From: Octopus vulgaris
Lineage: Eukaryota
Length of the DNA stretch: 64,000 nucleotides
Direction of reading: 5' to 3'
NCBI GenBank assembly: GCA_951406725.2
Contig: OX597816.1
Coordinates: 39,246,001-39,310,000, forward strand
Positions 14,256-27,781 of the stretch are shown in pieces. The notes below the pieces were generated by a model that did not search any database, had not been told where the DNA came from, and saw only the letters and a program-made list of their open reading frames with translations. Positions within the stretch are counted from its first letter, which is position 1. The number at the start of each line of letters is the position of its first letter. The position numbers and the translations under genes are program-made.

Positions 14256-17200
14256 CAGCAACATATAGATCCTAGGCGTGGCTGTGTGGTAAAAAGCTTG
14301 CTTCTCAACCACAGGGTTCCAGGTTCAGACCCACAGCTTGGCACCTTGGGCAAGTGTCTTCTACTATAGCCTCAGGCCAACCAAAGCCTTGTGAGTAGAT
14401 TCAGTAGACGGAAACTGAAAAAAAAACAATTTTGATGCAGAGCAAGAATCTTCTTGATAGTCTCATGAGTTCAAGAAAGATGATTCCATAATTTCTTGCC
14501 AAACAACCTAAACAGACGATTTGCTTCATCATCATCATCATCGTCATCGTCGTCCTTTAACGTTTGTTTCCCATGCTGGCATGCATTGAACAATTTGACC
14601 AGAGCTGGAGAGCTACACCAAATTCCAATCTGATTTGGCTTGATTTCTATGGCTGGATGCCCTTCCTAATACCAACCATTTTACTGTGTGTGCTGGGTAC
14701 TTTTAACATACCACCAGTACGAGTGCTTTTACATGGTGCCAACACAAGTGCTTTTTCTGTGACACCAGCATGGGTGCTTTTTACATGGCACCAGCACAGG
14801 ACTCTTGCAGGAGAGTCCTCTTCACTAGGGAATGCAGCCTTAACACTTCTGCTATAAAGAACAGGTCTTCTAGAATACAGCAAGGCACCAGGTATGTTGA
14901 TCCTGGTGGCGAGCTGGCAGAAACGTTAGCACGCCGGGTGAAATGCTTACCGGTATTTCGTCTGCCGTTACGTTGTGAGTTCAAATTCCGCCGAGGTCGA
15001 CTTTACCTTTCATCCTTTCGGGGTCGATTAAATAAGTGCCAGCTACGCACTGGGGTCGATGTAATCGACTTAATACCTATGTCTGTCCTTGTTTGTCCCC
15101 TCTATGTGAGTAATAATGAAATAGGTATGTGGATCCTTTGTCATCTCATCTGAAAAGTTTGGCATTCGAAGTCATCACTCAGTATTTTGTCCCATGTCTT
15201 CCTGGGTCTTCCTGTTCTGAGTTCTATCCACTTTGAGTGAATAGCATTTCTTTATGGAGTTGTCAGCATCCATCCACATCACATGACCAAACCAGCACAG
15301 TCTCTCTTTGTACACTGCATCTAATTCCTCTTATGCCTAACTTATCTCTCAATACACAAACACTCTGTCACATAAGTACACTTACATTACACATCCAGCA
15401 GAGCATACCAGCCTCATTCCTCTCTAACCTTCACATGTCCTCTGCATTTAGGGCCCACACCTCACTACCATGTAGAATTGCTGTTTGCATGCTTGTATCA
15501 TACAGTCTTCTTTTCACTTGAAGAGAGAAACCTTTGGTTGTCAACAGAAGTAAAAGCTCTCTGAATTTTCTCTCCAGCCTATTCTTATTCTAGCTGTTAC
15601 ATTCTACATGCAGCTTCCTGTGATCAAATGCTTGTACCGTACAAAAGCTCACTTCCTCCATCAAATAGACATTGCCAGTACAGATGCATAGTGTGCCACA
15701 TGTTAGATGCTGAAGTGGTTGCAGAGCAACATGAGATGAAAAGTTTTGCTTAAGAACACGATGCATTGCTAGGCTCAGGAATCAAAACCATGATCTCACA
15801 ATCATGAATGCAACACCTTAAGCCATGCCTAGCAGTTAAAAAAAACAGCATAAAAATAGATGTACCTTATTTGGAAGAGTTGTAAAGGTGCGTGGCTTAG
15901 TGGTTAGGGCATTCAGCTCACGATTGTAAGGTCGTGAGTTCAATTCCCAGCGACACATTGTGTCCTTGAGCAAGACACTTTATTTCATGTTGCTCCAGTC
16001 CACTCAGCTGGCTAAAATGAGTTGTACCTGTATTTCAAAGGGCCAGTCTTGTCACACTCTGAGGCACGCTGAATCTCCCTGAAAACTATGTTAGGGGTAC
16101 ACGTGTCTGTGGATTGCTCAGTCACTTGCACATTAATTTCATGAGCAGGCTGTTCCGTTGATTGGATCAGCTGGGACCCTCATCGTCGTAACCGACAGAG
16201 TGCTCTTATATTTAGTAACAGTGACAGCTGTTCTACAGTGCAATTTATAATGCAGTTGCTCTACAATCAACAGATAGGTGGTTCAAATTCTAGTCTGAGG
16301 TGGAACTTCTTAGATCAGGAATAAACAAACAATATATTACAATTGCAATGATGGTTGTGCAGTTGAGAAGCTCACTTTGCAACCCTGTGAATTTGGGTTC
16401 ACTTCCCATGGCATGGCACCTTGGGTGAATGTCTTCTAAGATAGCTTCAGGCTGACCAGTGCCTTGTGAGGGAATTTGATAGATGGAAACTGTGTGCAAG
16501 CCTGTTTTGTATGTGCAGGTGTGCGTGTGTGTGTGCGTGTGTGTGTGTGTGTGTATGTGTGAGCATGCATGCGTGTGTGTGTGTGTGTGCGTGTATGTAT
16601 GTGCGTGTGTGTGTGTGTGTGTGTGTGCGTGTGTGCATGCATGTGTTTGCACACCTTTGTGTTTGTATTTGTCCCTATCATCATTTGATAACCCATGTTG
16701 ATTTGTTTACGTTCCCGCAACTTAGCAGTTCAGCAAGTAGATACCAATAGAATAGCTATTAGACATTAAAAAAAAGTGTGTACTGAGGTCGATTTCTTTG
16801 ATTAAAATCCTTCCAGGTATTGTCCCAGCATGGCCGTGATACAATGGCAAAAACAAAGAAAGATAATAGAGTCAATGAAAAGAGCCTCTTCATGGCCACT
16901 CGATCTGCTAGAAATGGCAGCTAAACCTCTCCCAGTTTACACCTTATTGTTTTTATTAAAGGATCACAAGTAGATAATGTGGTGGAAAGTAACTTCTAAG
17001 AAGATGCGATGGTTACAGCTGGCTGGAACGCTTTTGACCAGAAGGCTTGCAGTTGTATCAACATTGCACCTGTAATGGTAATAATGATAATATTTTGACT
17101 GCTAGAAGTATTCGACGCAGTAGAAATAGCAACAGTAACAACACTAGCAGCATAGCGTATAAATACATAATTGGCTGACAGGCGAGTTCTCTGCTACCCA

Positions 17201-17702
17201 ATCAGTAAACTTTCTAGATCCTGTTGAAATGTCATGAGGGAGCTTCTATACAGTTATTCAAACAGCTAGAAACAGCAGCCAAATATGTCAGATTGCATTC
17301 ATCCATCTTAAGAAAAACAAAAATGATCCCATTAAGAAATGTGGTCTTCAATATACAAAAAGGCTGGGTGGTCATATCTAGAATGTGTTTGGATTGTATT
17401 GCAGGATAAAAAAATGAAAATAATGAATATTCAATAAAGAGAGTATTCTAATATAATACAATGCTTTTTTAATTTCTTTCTATAATGAGAAAACATGAAC
17501 AAGGTGAAATATATCTATACCCCTGTAATATAATTTATATATTGTGGTATCATTTTGAATTGAAAACATTAAAAGAAAATGCATTTCTGTACCTGAAAAT
17601 AGATAATGTAAAAAATGGTAATTTAATATAGAGTTTTTCCTAAAATTAGAAGGGTAGGGAATATTTCAGTGGAAATTATATTCAGAGATATAACTTTTAA
17701 AA

Positions 17703-17923
17703 CCTTTTAGCATTTAAACCAGCCATATTCAGTCCAAATATGCTACCTGTTTCCTGTTCAAACCAGCCAGATCTAGCCTATCATACCTACCTTTCAATGC
17801 CATTATAAAATACATAATCACATCACCAAAATTTCAAAGCTGCAAAATAATGCATAATTAATAAAAAATAAAATGTGAATGAAAAAGTATTACATTTGGC
17901 AGAATAATCTGAATGCTAAAGGG
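17703..17923. mobile_element. piggyBac-like MITE (CCC..GGG ends, TTAA flank); related copies at ~41278-41489 and ~9995-10605 (SINE-interrupted)
   Basis: aaccttttagcatt ... aatgctaaaggg|ttaa. Internal sequence is shared between the copies. Confidence 0.65.
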
Positions 17924-18833
17924 TTAAAGAATTCTTTGTGAATGTATACTTCAGTTGATATCACTAAATTCAAAAGAAAGAGAAAAAAAGCATGAGAACA
18001 GCTTCATTAAAATATTAAGGACCTTGTTAAATTTCTTCTTCGCAGTGGCTAAAATTACATTTTAAATGCTTGTAACTTATTTGATTATCAATTTTTAAAA
18101 AGAAAAGAAAAGAAAAAATTTATATGATTTTTGTTACCAGCATATAAGCGCAGGAGTGGCTGTGTGGTAAGTAGCTTGCTTACCAACCACATGGTTCCGG
18201 GTTCAATCCCACTACGTGGCGCCTTCGGCAAGTGTTTTCTACTATAGCCTCGGGCCGACCAAAGCCGTGTGAGTGGATTTGGTAGACGGAAACTGAAAGA
18301 AGCCTGTTGTATATATATATATGTATGTGTGTGTGTGTGTGTTTACATCCCCATAACTTAGCAGTTCGGCAAAAGATACTGATAGAATAAGTACTAGGCT
18401 GCCAAAGAATAAGTCCTGGGCTCAATTTGCTCGACTAAAGGCGGTGCTCCAGCATGACCGCAGTCAAATGACTGAAACAAGTAAAAGAGTAAAAGAAAAA
18501 AGAGAGCAAGCAAAACTGTATCATTGTAGACAATTTGAAAAAAATAATCATCGAGTGGAAATTTGAAATACTTCAAGTGGTTGAAAGAAACTTAACAAGG
18601 TCCAAGACTACTTTAATGGGAGAGGGCAGTTTCATTGTTTTATTTAAGATATCGAATAAAACATGAATTTTACTCCTCATTCATGAAATGCCATTATACT
18701 ATTTAAATTAAATGTATTTTTTCTGTAACATTTTTTGTAACCAAAAGCAAGACTTTATTTCTATTTACTGATTATTGTATGACTTTACACATTTCTGGGA
18801 TTTCACCTTTGTACAAACAGAAACACACACACA

Positions 18834-19052
18834 CATATTATTTACATTTGACGGATATTTGTCCTCATTTTGTTTATCAACACAATGTTTCAGCTGTTGT
18901 ACTAATAATAACATCAGGGGAAAATCCTTAGGAATGAGAACCCAGGTTCAAAATTCCTCCAGGACACCTGATCAAGGCTGGTGAGTACATCAGCTGAAAA
19001 GTGTTGGCAACAAACAAGATGAGGACAAATAGTTGTCAAATTTAAATAATGT
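18834..19052. mobile_element. Palindromic Penelope-type terminal-repeat remnant with ~60-bp inverted arms
   Basis: atattatttacatttgacggatatttgtcctcattttgttt..cagctg pairs with cagctg..aaacaagatgaggacaaatagttgtcaaatttaaataatgt. Contains a degenerate CTGAT(c)AAG-GCTG...CAGC-TGAAA motif. Confidence 0.6.
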
Positions 19053-19339
19053 AAATAATGTACATAATTCCTCGTCTGTTGTGATGCAAAACCCATTTTT
19101 CATCACCTGTAATATATAATTAATTTATATATTGACCTAGTTATACTTGCAGCAGTAATGCTTAAATTTACAATGCTACTTATGACCAATAAGCACAACA
19201 ATTGTAACATGCTTGAATGATGGTAGCTTAAAACGAGACTAACTGATGTGATATGTCTGTTACCAAACGATTACTGAAACCTTTTCAGGTGCCCAATACC
19301 ATCTCTCCTGTCCATGTTCCCCCCACATCCCTTTCCCAT

Positions 19340-19510
19340 TTCTCAAGGTTGGCACTGTCATTATAGGCACATTGAAAGGTAGGTCTAGTGAGATTGTTGA
19401 ACTGTTTGAATGGAGGTGTATTGATGTATGCTGTATCCAAGAGGTATGGTGGAGAGGAGCTTCATCCAGGTTCCTCAAAGGCAAGACACATAGGTATAAA
19501 ATCTTCCGAG
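19340..19510 (+). mobile_element. LINE APE endonuclease N-terminal fragment (RTE-like)
   Basis: Hand translation LKVGTVIIGTLKGRSSEIVELFEWRCIDVCCIQEVWWRGASSRFLKG contains the APE ..D....QE..W motif. Confidence 0.75.
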
Positions 19511-19849
19511 AAGATTTCAGGGATTCTCCATTTGAGGTGCCTGGATGAACATATGCATACAACCACATATACATATGGAATATATGTGAATTCAAGCATA
19601 TAAGTAGTAGTGAAACATATACACTAATGTTCTGTCATGATACTCACACCCACAAGTAAATGTAAGTTTACTGATCCACAAATATGCATACATATATACA
19701 TACATCAGGCAATTCAGGTAACAACAAATCCCAAGAGCTTTCTTGATTTAAACAAAAGAACTTTGTCACTCTGTCAGTAACTAGCTTGAACTCTGAAGAG
19801 AAAAAAAAAAGCAAGCTGCAACAAAATACATACATACATACATGTTATT

Positions 19850-20450
19850 ATGGCTGCCCCCTCATTATCAAGTATGGCCATTGCACGAAGCTTAACTGTT
19901 ACTGGTGCTGGGATCGAATGTGACTTTTTAGCCCAGCTTAAGATCTACAATGTCTTGTACAAAGTTGGCAACTAAAACCTTTACTGGTAATAGCCGGCTG
20001 TAGTTGTAACTGGGATTCATGTACCTTTGCATGTCGTTTAAGTCCTCCTGCCGAATTACACTCTCTTCCACATGCCCGACAGATATGATTAGTATGGTGT
20101 GTTACACCACCATTTTATGACTACAAAGATGACTCATGAGTCCAGCTTTACTGAGGCAGGGTCTTGCACAGACATTGCATGTCAGAATCAAAGGAAGACC
20201 CTTCCCTTCTGGAAGTGTAACAGCGATGCCTTTCCTGACATCCTTCCTTACTTTCTCATGTGCAACTCGAGATTTCTCAAACGTGGTTGTCCCCTCATGC
20301 ACAATCCTTCTCCACCTGCTACGATCAATAGCTATGCCTTCCCATGTGTCAGGAGAGATGCAAGCATCTCTTAAGGAAGCTTTCAGCAAGTCCTTATACC
20401 TCTTTTTTGGTTTATGTGGAGGTCATTCTCCTTTAGCTAACTCTCCATAA
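19850..20450 (-). mobile_element. RTE/BovB-like LINE 3' end
   Basis: FYGELAKG...KRYKDLLKASL..ISPDTWE..AIDRSRWRRIV.EG, with a terminal CxxC...H zinc knuckle. Confidence 0.85.
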
Positions 20451-21560
20451 AATACATACATACATACACACATACATACATGCATAAATGCATGCATACA
20501 TACATGCATACATACTTCCATGCATGCATACATATATACATACATACATACACATGCATACAAACAGTACACACGCATATATATATACATACATAGGCAC
20601 ACATATATACACATACATTTACACACACACACACACACACATAATTACATACATAACGACAGAAAACTGCTTCAAAGTCTCCAGTTCTTATATCTAGATT
20701 GTAATTCACATTTATGCCATTATTTAGCGTACTTGGTTTCGTGAGTTGATGCCAAAGTGACGATTTTGATAAACAGGGGTTTTCAGAAAAAGAAACCAAC
20801 AACATTTGTACATCATAAAAACAATCTATAAGTGGATCTGTAAAAATATGCAAGGGTTGTTCTTGAGTTTAAAAAGTGAATTTGTTACTGTTTTCAACAT
20901 TCTAACAATTGTACATTCGTATCTCAGTTAGAAACCAGCTCCTTCCTCAGAGGAAAATTTCAAATGATTAAAAGCAGAAGAGGACATGCATACATACATA
21001 CACACACACACACATATACACATGCATATACAAACATACATGCTTACACACATACATATACAAACACATTCATACATACATACACACTTACATATACAAA
21101 CATACATACATGCATACACATACATATACAAACATACACTCATACATACATACATACACAAAAATACGTACTTATACACATGTATACCCACACAAACATA
21201 CATACATACGTTCATACATAAACCTACATACACATACATATTCACAATCATACACACATACGAACATACACACAAAAATCATACATTCATATATGCTTGT
21301 GTACACACATACAGAGAGACAGAAGCAATTACTTGAAATATATAATCAGTAGAATTGCATTGAATATAAGGAAATCTTTAATAGGATTTGCTAAGGCAAC
21401 AGAATCGCACAAGCAATACAATTAAGAATTTGACTTGCAGCAAAAGAATCCGTCTATTATAGGGACATAAAAATCATACAATCTAGTCTTTTGCCATTAA
21501 TACGTAACAAACTGACTTAGTTTTACTATACTGATGTTCGGCAATAAAGCCAGCTTTTGA

Positions 21561-22120
21561 TAGTGGGGGTCTGCTTCACATCTTCAACCTCACTTCCATA
21601 CTACCTGGACTGGTGTCTAGTCAGAGTAAAATAATTCTACTAAGGTACAAAGCCAGAAACTTTTGGGGGAAAGGGACTAATCGATTACTGCGGCACCAGT
21701 GCTCAACTGGTAGGTACTTATTCTGTCGATTCTGAAAGGATAAAAAGGATGAAAGGCAAAGTCGACCTCGGTGGAATTTGAAACCGGAATGTAATGAGTC
21801 ATAAGAAATGTTGCTTTGCATTTTGTCCAACAAACTAACGATAGTGGGCCTGCTTCACATCTTCAACCTCACTTCCATACTACCTGGACTGGTGTCTAGT
21901 CAGAGTAAAATAATTCTACTAAGGTACAAAGCCAGAAACTTTAGAGGGAAAGGGACTAATTGATTATTGCGGCACCAGTGCTCAACTGGTAGGTACTTAT
22001 TCTGTCGATTCTGAAAGGATAAAAAGGATGAAAGGCAACTTCGACATCGGTGGAATTTGAAACCGGAATGTAATGAGTCATAAGAAATGTTGCTTTGCAT
22101 TTTGTCCAACAAACTAACGA
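21561..22120. repeat. Direct tandem duplication, 2 x ~279 bp, containing a SINE body
   Basis: Near-identical units. Twin ORFs 21621-21833 and 21900-22112 are offset by 279. Confidence 0.95.
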
Positions 22121-22199
22121 TTCTGCGAACTCACTTGTATTAATTAGAATAAAATAACAGCGAAAGCTGCAATCGCAGAACAAAACACATAAGTTAATT

Positions 22200-22562
22200 T
22201 TCCTTGCCGGTGTTTGTTGAGCACCGGTTTACTTATTTTGATTTCTTTCATTCTTTCCCTAACTTCTCCGTGGTCGACAGAGGGTCGCATATACAATAAT
22301 GTCTCTCTCTCTACATGACCTCCCGCCCCTTTTATGACGTCTCCTTCGATCTCTTTCTCTCTCTTTGTTTGATGTTTATCTCTATCCTCTCTTTTTCCTG
22401 ATCATCCTCTTTTTATTATCCTTCTTTCACTTTACAACAACTTCTGAGAAACCTCTCGCTCTTACTCCCTAACTCTTTCAATAACATATCAATTATCTCT
22501 CTTCTGATTTTTTTCTCCTCTTTCTTTCTAGTTTTACATATACCTCTCCTATCTATTTCACC

Positions 22563-22593
<31 letters not shown>

Positions 22594-22741
22594 ACTCACT
22601 CTCTCTCTCTCTCTCTCTTTGTGACACATTCACTATACACATTCGCCTTCAGTGCTCGTGATATATATACAAAACAGCCGTCCAGCGCTGCTGATAGTTA
22701 TATTATGTCAGATCGGTTCTTCGTCGATCTTTCCAAACGAT
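22200..22741 (+). promoter_or_regulatory. Putative promoter / 5' UTR of the SLC12A9-like gene
   Basis: Non-repetitive and locally CpG-retaining region before the ATG. GC-box-like CCCGCCCC (~22322), TGACGT CRE half-site (~22335) and a long CT-rich tract. TSS not determinable. Confidence 0.4.
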
Positions 22742-23090
22742 ATGGCAGAAAGCGACAACACCAAAGCCACAGAATTCTCTGGTTATCCTTCTTCGGGTGA
22801 GCCGGAATCTGACAGCTTTAGAGATGACCACAGAATCGTATATTCAGAGAGCACACCTATTTTAAGGTCGCAGTGGGTCTGGAGACTACACCGATCACTG
22901 AGTAATGCCAGCCTGGAATATAGTAGCACGTACCCTCCATCATACGATTGCATCTCGAATCCATTGTCCCAACAAAGAAACCATGACCAACGACGGAATT
23001 CCTCATCTATGCGGACCTTGGGAACCTTTGCAGGAGTATTTTGTCCTGTATCCCTATCTATGTTTAGTACCTTCCTATTTCTACGAGCAG
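22742..23090 (+). CDS. SLC12A9: SLC12A9-like cation-chloride cotransporter, coding exon 1 (MAESDNTK...RTLGTFAGVFCPVSLSMFSTFLFLRA-G)
   Basis: ATG at 22742 in good context (gatATGG). TM1 motif LGTFAGVFCPVSLSMFSTFLFLRAG matches the SLC12A9-type TM1. Donor GCAG|gttggt at 23090/23091, phase 1, joins exon 2 in frame. Confidence 0.9.
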
Positions 23091-23973
23091 GTTGGTATTT
23101 ATTAATCTTTCCTACTCTTATCATTGTTGTTTGTGATAATTGCTATTTTAAATATATTAATTTCAATAAGATCGGTAATGTTTTAGAAAAAGCACGATCG
23201 TTAGAGTTATTTATTTTCCCTATCAACGGAAATTAATCTTAGGACTTGTGACTAATGATTTGTCATCGATTCTGACTCAGTACTGGAGGGAGATATTCCA
23301 ATACCTAGCAACAGTCCTCAATTGTTATTATAAATGAACGTAATATTAAATGAACGTAATATATTTTGGTCGTTTTAAGTTGTAAAATCCCTTTTTTTTT
23401 TTTGTAAATATTGGAGTCATTTGCTTGATCAAAAGAAATCGGCATTCTCTCAGAATGCCAAGAAATCATTGTTGAAAGCTAGGAATTTTCGGGCGAAGTT
23501 ACTAACCGTCCAAATTCACTTCTTCGTCACCTCAAAACTGAGTTGGTTCTTACTTTTCAATCCAAACATGTATATAAAATAAGTACCAGCGATGCTATCA
23601 TTTGATTTGATCAACACTGCTTTGACAAAATTGCTCTTGTCCGCACTCAAAATAAAGCAGCTTTATCGTCCTCATCTCTCTATATATAAAATCATTCTTA
23701 TACGATCTGAAACAAAATCACAACACACCACGTATTGATCATACAAACACACTGTTTATATTTTGAACGATCGCACACACCCACTTTTCATTTTCATAAC
23801 ATTACCCACAACAGATATTATACAACTAAATGAAATAAGTATTTTATTCGAATCACTTCAAAACAAACGAGCCTTTGGAAAAGAAAACAATTTATTTCAC
23901 ATTCTTTCATTTTTACTTTATACTATTTCCTTTGTTATTACGTCATCACTTAAAGCGGTGTGTGTGTGTGAGT

Positions 23974-24022
<49 letters not shown>

Positions 24023-24132
24023 CATACATATATGTGTGTGGGTGTGTCCAGTGCACGTTTATAAGCGTACATTTATATATATATAGTTATATTCGGTCGA
24101 AATTTACACCCATGCGCGCACACGCACACACG

Positions 24133-24210
<78 letters not shown>

Positions 24211-25349
24211 TGTATGTATGTGTATGTGTGGCTGGCTGGATGTGTTTTATGCATATAAGTCTGTAAATATGCATATATATATATATATATACGTCGACCA
24301 TGCTATAACGACATATTTGTTTGGACGTGTTTACATTCTAAACGTACGCCCATACAATAATTTCTATTTTATAAACAATAGTCTCTATCAGCACATATAG
24401 TCATTACTATGTATACAGATATACATATATGCACTCACACACATACACACACGCACGCACAATTCTGCGTACGAATGCCCCTCCCCCCAGGTCAGGCCAT
24501 ATAGCCAAATATGACAGCGATTTTGATGATAACATTATAAACTACGGGTCTGGACAACCTTCAAAGCTATAATTCCAACTCTGTCCACTATACTGGTCTA
24601 TTGTATAAGCTATTTGCGTTTTATTATCTGCAGGTATGCTACTGTAGTATCTTACCTAGTGTGGCCTCTCCATCCAGGCTCACTTTATGCATCAGCACAC
24701 ACACCTGCCCGTATCACCTCCCTTAGCTCAATTGCATTTTCTTTTCGTTACATTCATTTCAAAGATAATAATGTATTTTTTCTAAACTATAGTATAATTT
24801 TTTTTTCTCCTCCCTATAGCATAGTATTTTTCTGTATATTCAAGTCGACTGATAATCTTGCAGGCTCTCGAAAGCGAGATTAATTTTTTTAGGTTTCTTG
24901 TTTACGCACACCGAATGCTCAATAATAAAGTTACAATAGCGTATTCTAATTTGCATGCGCTTATGTATACACAAAATATAGCAGCAAATACGAATATGAA
25001 TATATATGCGTGTGTGTGTGTGTGTAATGTATGTGTATATATATATATATATTTCTTTACTGCCCACAAGGGGCTATATATAGAGAGAGACAGTTTACGA
25101 AAAACAAAAGACGAAGACAGGTGGTGTACAAAACAAACAGATGTATTAGTATAACGCTCAGGAATAGAATATATATATATATATAAGTATGTATATATAT
25201 GTATGTATGTATATATATATATGTATGTATATATGTATGTATGTATGTATATATATATGTATGTATGTATGTATATATATATGTATGTATGTATATATAT
25301 ATGTATGTATGTATATATATATATGTATGTATGTATATATCTATCTATC

Positions 25350-25386
<37 letters not shown>

Positions 25387-25395
25387 ATATACATA

Positions 25396-25426
<31 letters not shown>

Positions 25427-25717
25427 TCCTGTATGTTATATTTTAATGATTACTGGTATCTTTATATATTAATATATTTTATATGTAAAGCATAATATGT
25501 TATACATGTATGTATATTCTTGTAATTGTCATTTTAGTAAATGAATAAATAAGTTGACAATATAATGTCTAAAAGTTGATGAACCACCTATTGATCCCCT
25601 CTATTTTCTTATTGCTATCTCTCTCTCTATATATATATATATGTCTATATATATATATATATATATGTCTATATATGTCTATATATATATATATATATAT
25701 GTCTATATATATATATA

Positions 25718-25798
<81 letters not shown>

Positions 25799-25799
<1 letters not shown>

Positions 25800-26175
25800 G
25801 AGGCGCAATGGCCCAGTGGTTAGGGCAGCGGACTCGTGGTCATAGAATCGCAGTTTCGATTCCCAGACCAGGCGTTGTGAGTGTTTATTGAGCGAAAACA
25901 CCTAAAGCTCCACGATGCTCCGGCAGGGGATGATGGTGATCCCTGCTGTACTCTTTCACCACAACTTTCTCTCACTCTTACTTCCTGTTTCTGTTGTACT
26001 TGTATTTCAAAGGGCCGGCCTTGTCACTCTCTGTGTCACGCTGAATATCACCGAGAGTAAGGGTACACGTGTCTGTGGAGTGCTCAGCCACTTACACGTT
26101 AATTTCACGAGCAGGCTGTTCCGTTGATTCGGATCAACCGGAACCCTCATCATCGTAACCGACGGAGTGCTTCCC
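25799..26175 (+). mobile_element. tRNA-derived SINE (family C); other copies at ~27540-27770 (+) and ~59295-59570 (-)
   Basis: Head ggaggcgcaatggcccagtggttagggcagcggactcg...gtttcgattccc with Pol III A and B boxes, followed by a shared body. Confidence 0.85.
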
Positions 26176-27781
26176 AAATATATATATATGTCTATATATA
26201 AATGCATGCATATATATGTGTGTGCACTTGTGTGTGTACATCTATGAATGTATGGGTATGCATTGAGAGGAAAATTGTGCGTAAGAAGAATCAGATTTAT
26301 TATGCAAGACAGAAGACTTCTGTGGTGTAATCACGTGGTGATGCATATAGATGAGAATATCTGTATAAAAAAAGTACTGATTGCTAAATATGGATGGAAC
26401 TTGTGGAAAGGGAAACCCATGAAGACATGGTATGAAGTAGTAAGAGCTGATCTCCAAATGCTGAGCCTCAGAGAGGAGATGAGAAAGTACCAACATGATT
26501 AGCAATTTGCTGTTCTTTGAGAGTAGCTATCAGTCATGACAGAAATTAGTTCCTACAAGAATAATGTTTATTATGTTTCTGTCTATACACTTACTGGACT
26601 CTGCCCCTGCACTCACTCTAACCCTGTCAAGCTTTCCCCATTTACCATCTTCTTAACACCCATGCCTCCATTACTCACACACACACACACTCACACACAT
26701 ACACATACACAAGACTTCCAGAACTGAGTTTTGCCAAGTTGGAAAAGTCTGCTCAAGAATCAAATTGCATTTTACCACTCCTCTGACATCTGCTCCATGA
26801 GGTTCAAAGTCTTGAAATCAGACTCCACCACTTCGTCCCATATCTTCCTGAGTCTCCTTCTTTTTCTGCGAGCACCATCCACATTAAGCAATCAGCACTT
26901 CTTTATACAACTCCTCTTATCCATATGCATTACGTGTCCATACCAGCACAGTTTTCTTTCTTGCACACTATTTCTTATGCCCAGTTTTGCTCTCAGCCCA
27001 TTTGTACTATGACATTCATGTACACTAACATTACAAATCCAATGGAGTATGCTTCTTTCATTCCTTTCCTGTCTTCTAAAATCCTCTGTATTCAAAGACC
27101 ATGTTTCTCTATATAGCATTGCAGTTTGTATGCAGTTACCAATAGAGATAATAAACTCCTGAATATCCCCCATTTTGCTCTTACACTGGCTAATACACTT
27201 TGACAAAATCTTCCCACATTACTAATTTCATTACCGAGATAACAGAAGCTATCTTCTACCTCTAGAGATCCTCCTGAGCAACTATTTGTCACGCACTCTT
27301 AGAGATACAAATTCTACTGTTTCTGTTAACCTGCCTATGATTCCACTCCTTGTATAGACAGACAGGCAGATATCTGACAAGCTTCTTTCAGTTTCTGTCT
27401 ACCAAATCCACTTGAGGCTTTGGTAGAAGACACTTGACCAAGGCAACACACAGTGAAACTAAACCAAGAACCATGTGGTTGAGAAGCAAACTTCTTACCA
27501 CACAGCCATGCTTGTACCTATATACATATATGTGTGTGTGGAGGCGCAATGGCCCAGTGGTTAGGGCAGCGGTCTTGCCATCGTAGGATCGCGGTTTCGA
27601 TTCCCAGACCTGTTGTTGTGAGTGTTTATTGAGCGAAAACACCTAAAGCTCCACGAGGCTCCAGCAGGGGGTGGTGGTGACCTCTGCTGTACTCTTTCGC
27701 CACAACTTTCTCTCACTCTTTCTTATGTTGGCCTGCTCGCTTAGCCAACGGGGTAACGTCATTTGTTAGCTGTATATATAT

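Noticed and set aside
17170-17206. Inverted CCAAT pair (attggctga...ccaatcag) as a promoter
   Set aside because: No associated gene or other support, and such short motifs are expected by chance.
22652-23236. 194-aa single-exon ORF as given in the track
   Set aside because: It starts at a GTG and reads through the donor at 23091. The supported CDS is 22742-23090 spliced to 45965.
24845-24882. ctgataa...gaaa hammerhead-like motif with a small hairpin
   Set aside because: The core is mismatched and the stems do not fit hammerhead topology.
25799-25870. tRNA-like sequences (also at 29398, 37834 and 42246)
   Set aside because: They are SINE heads: the cloverleaf and acceptor stem are imperfect and they continue into repeated SINE bodies.
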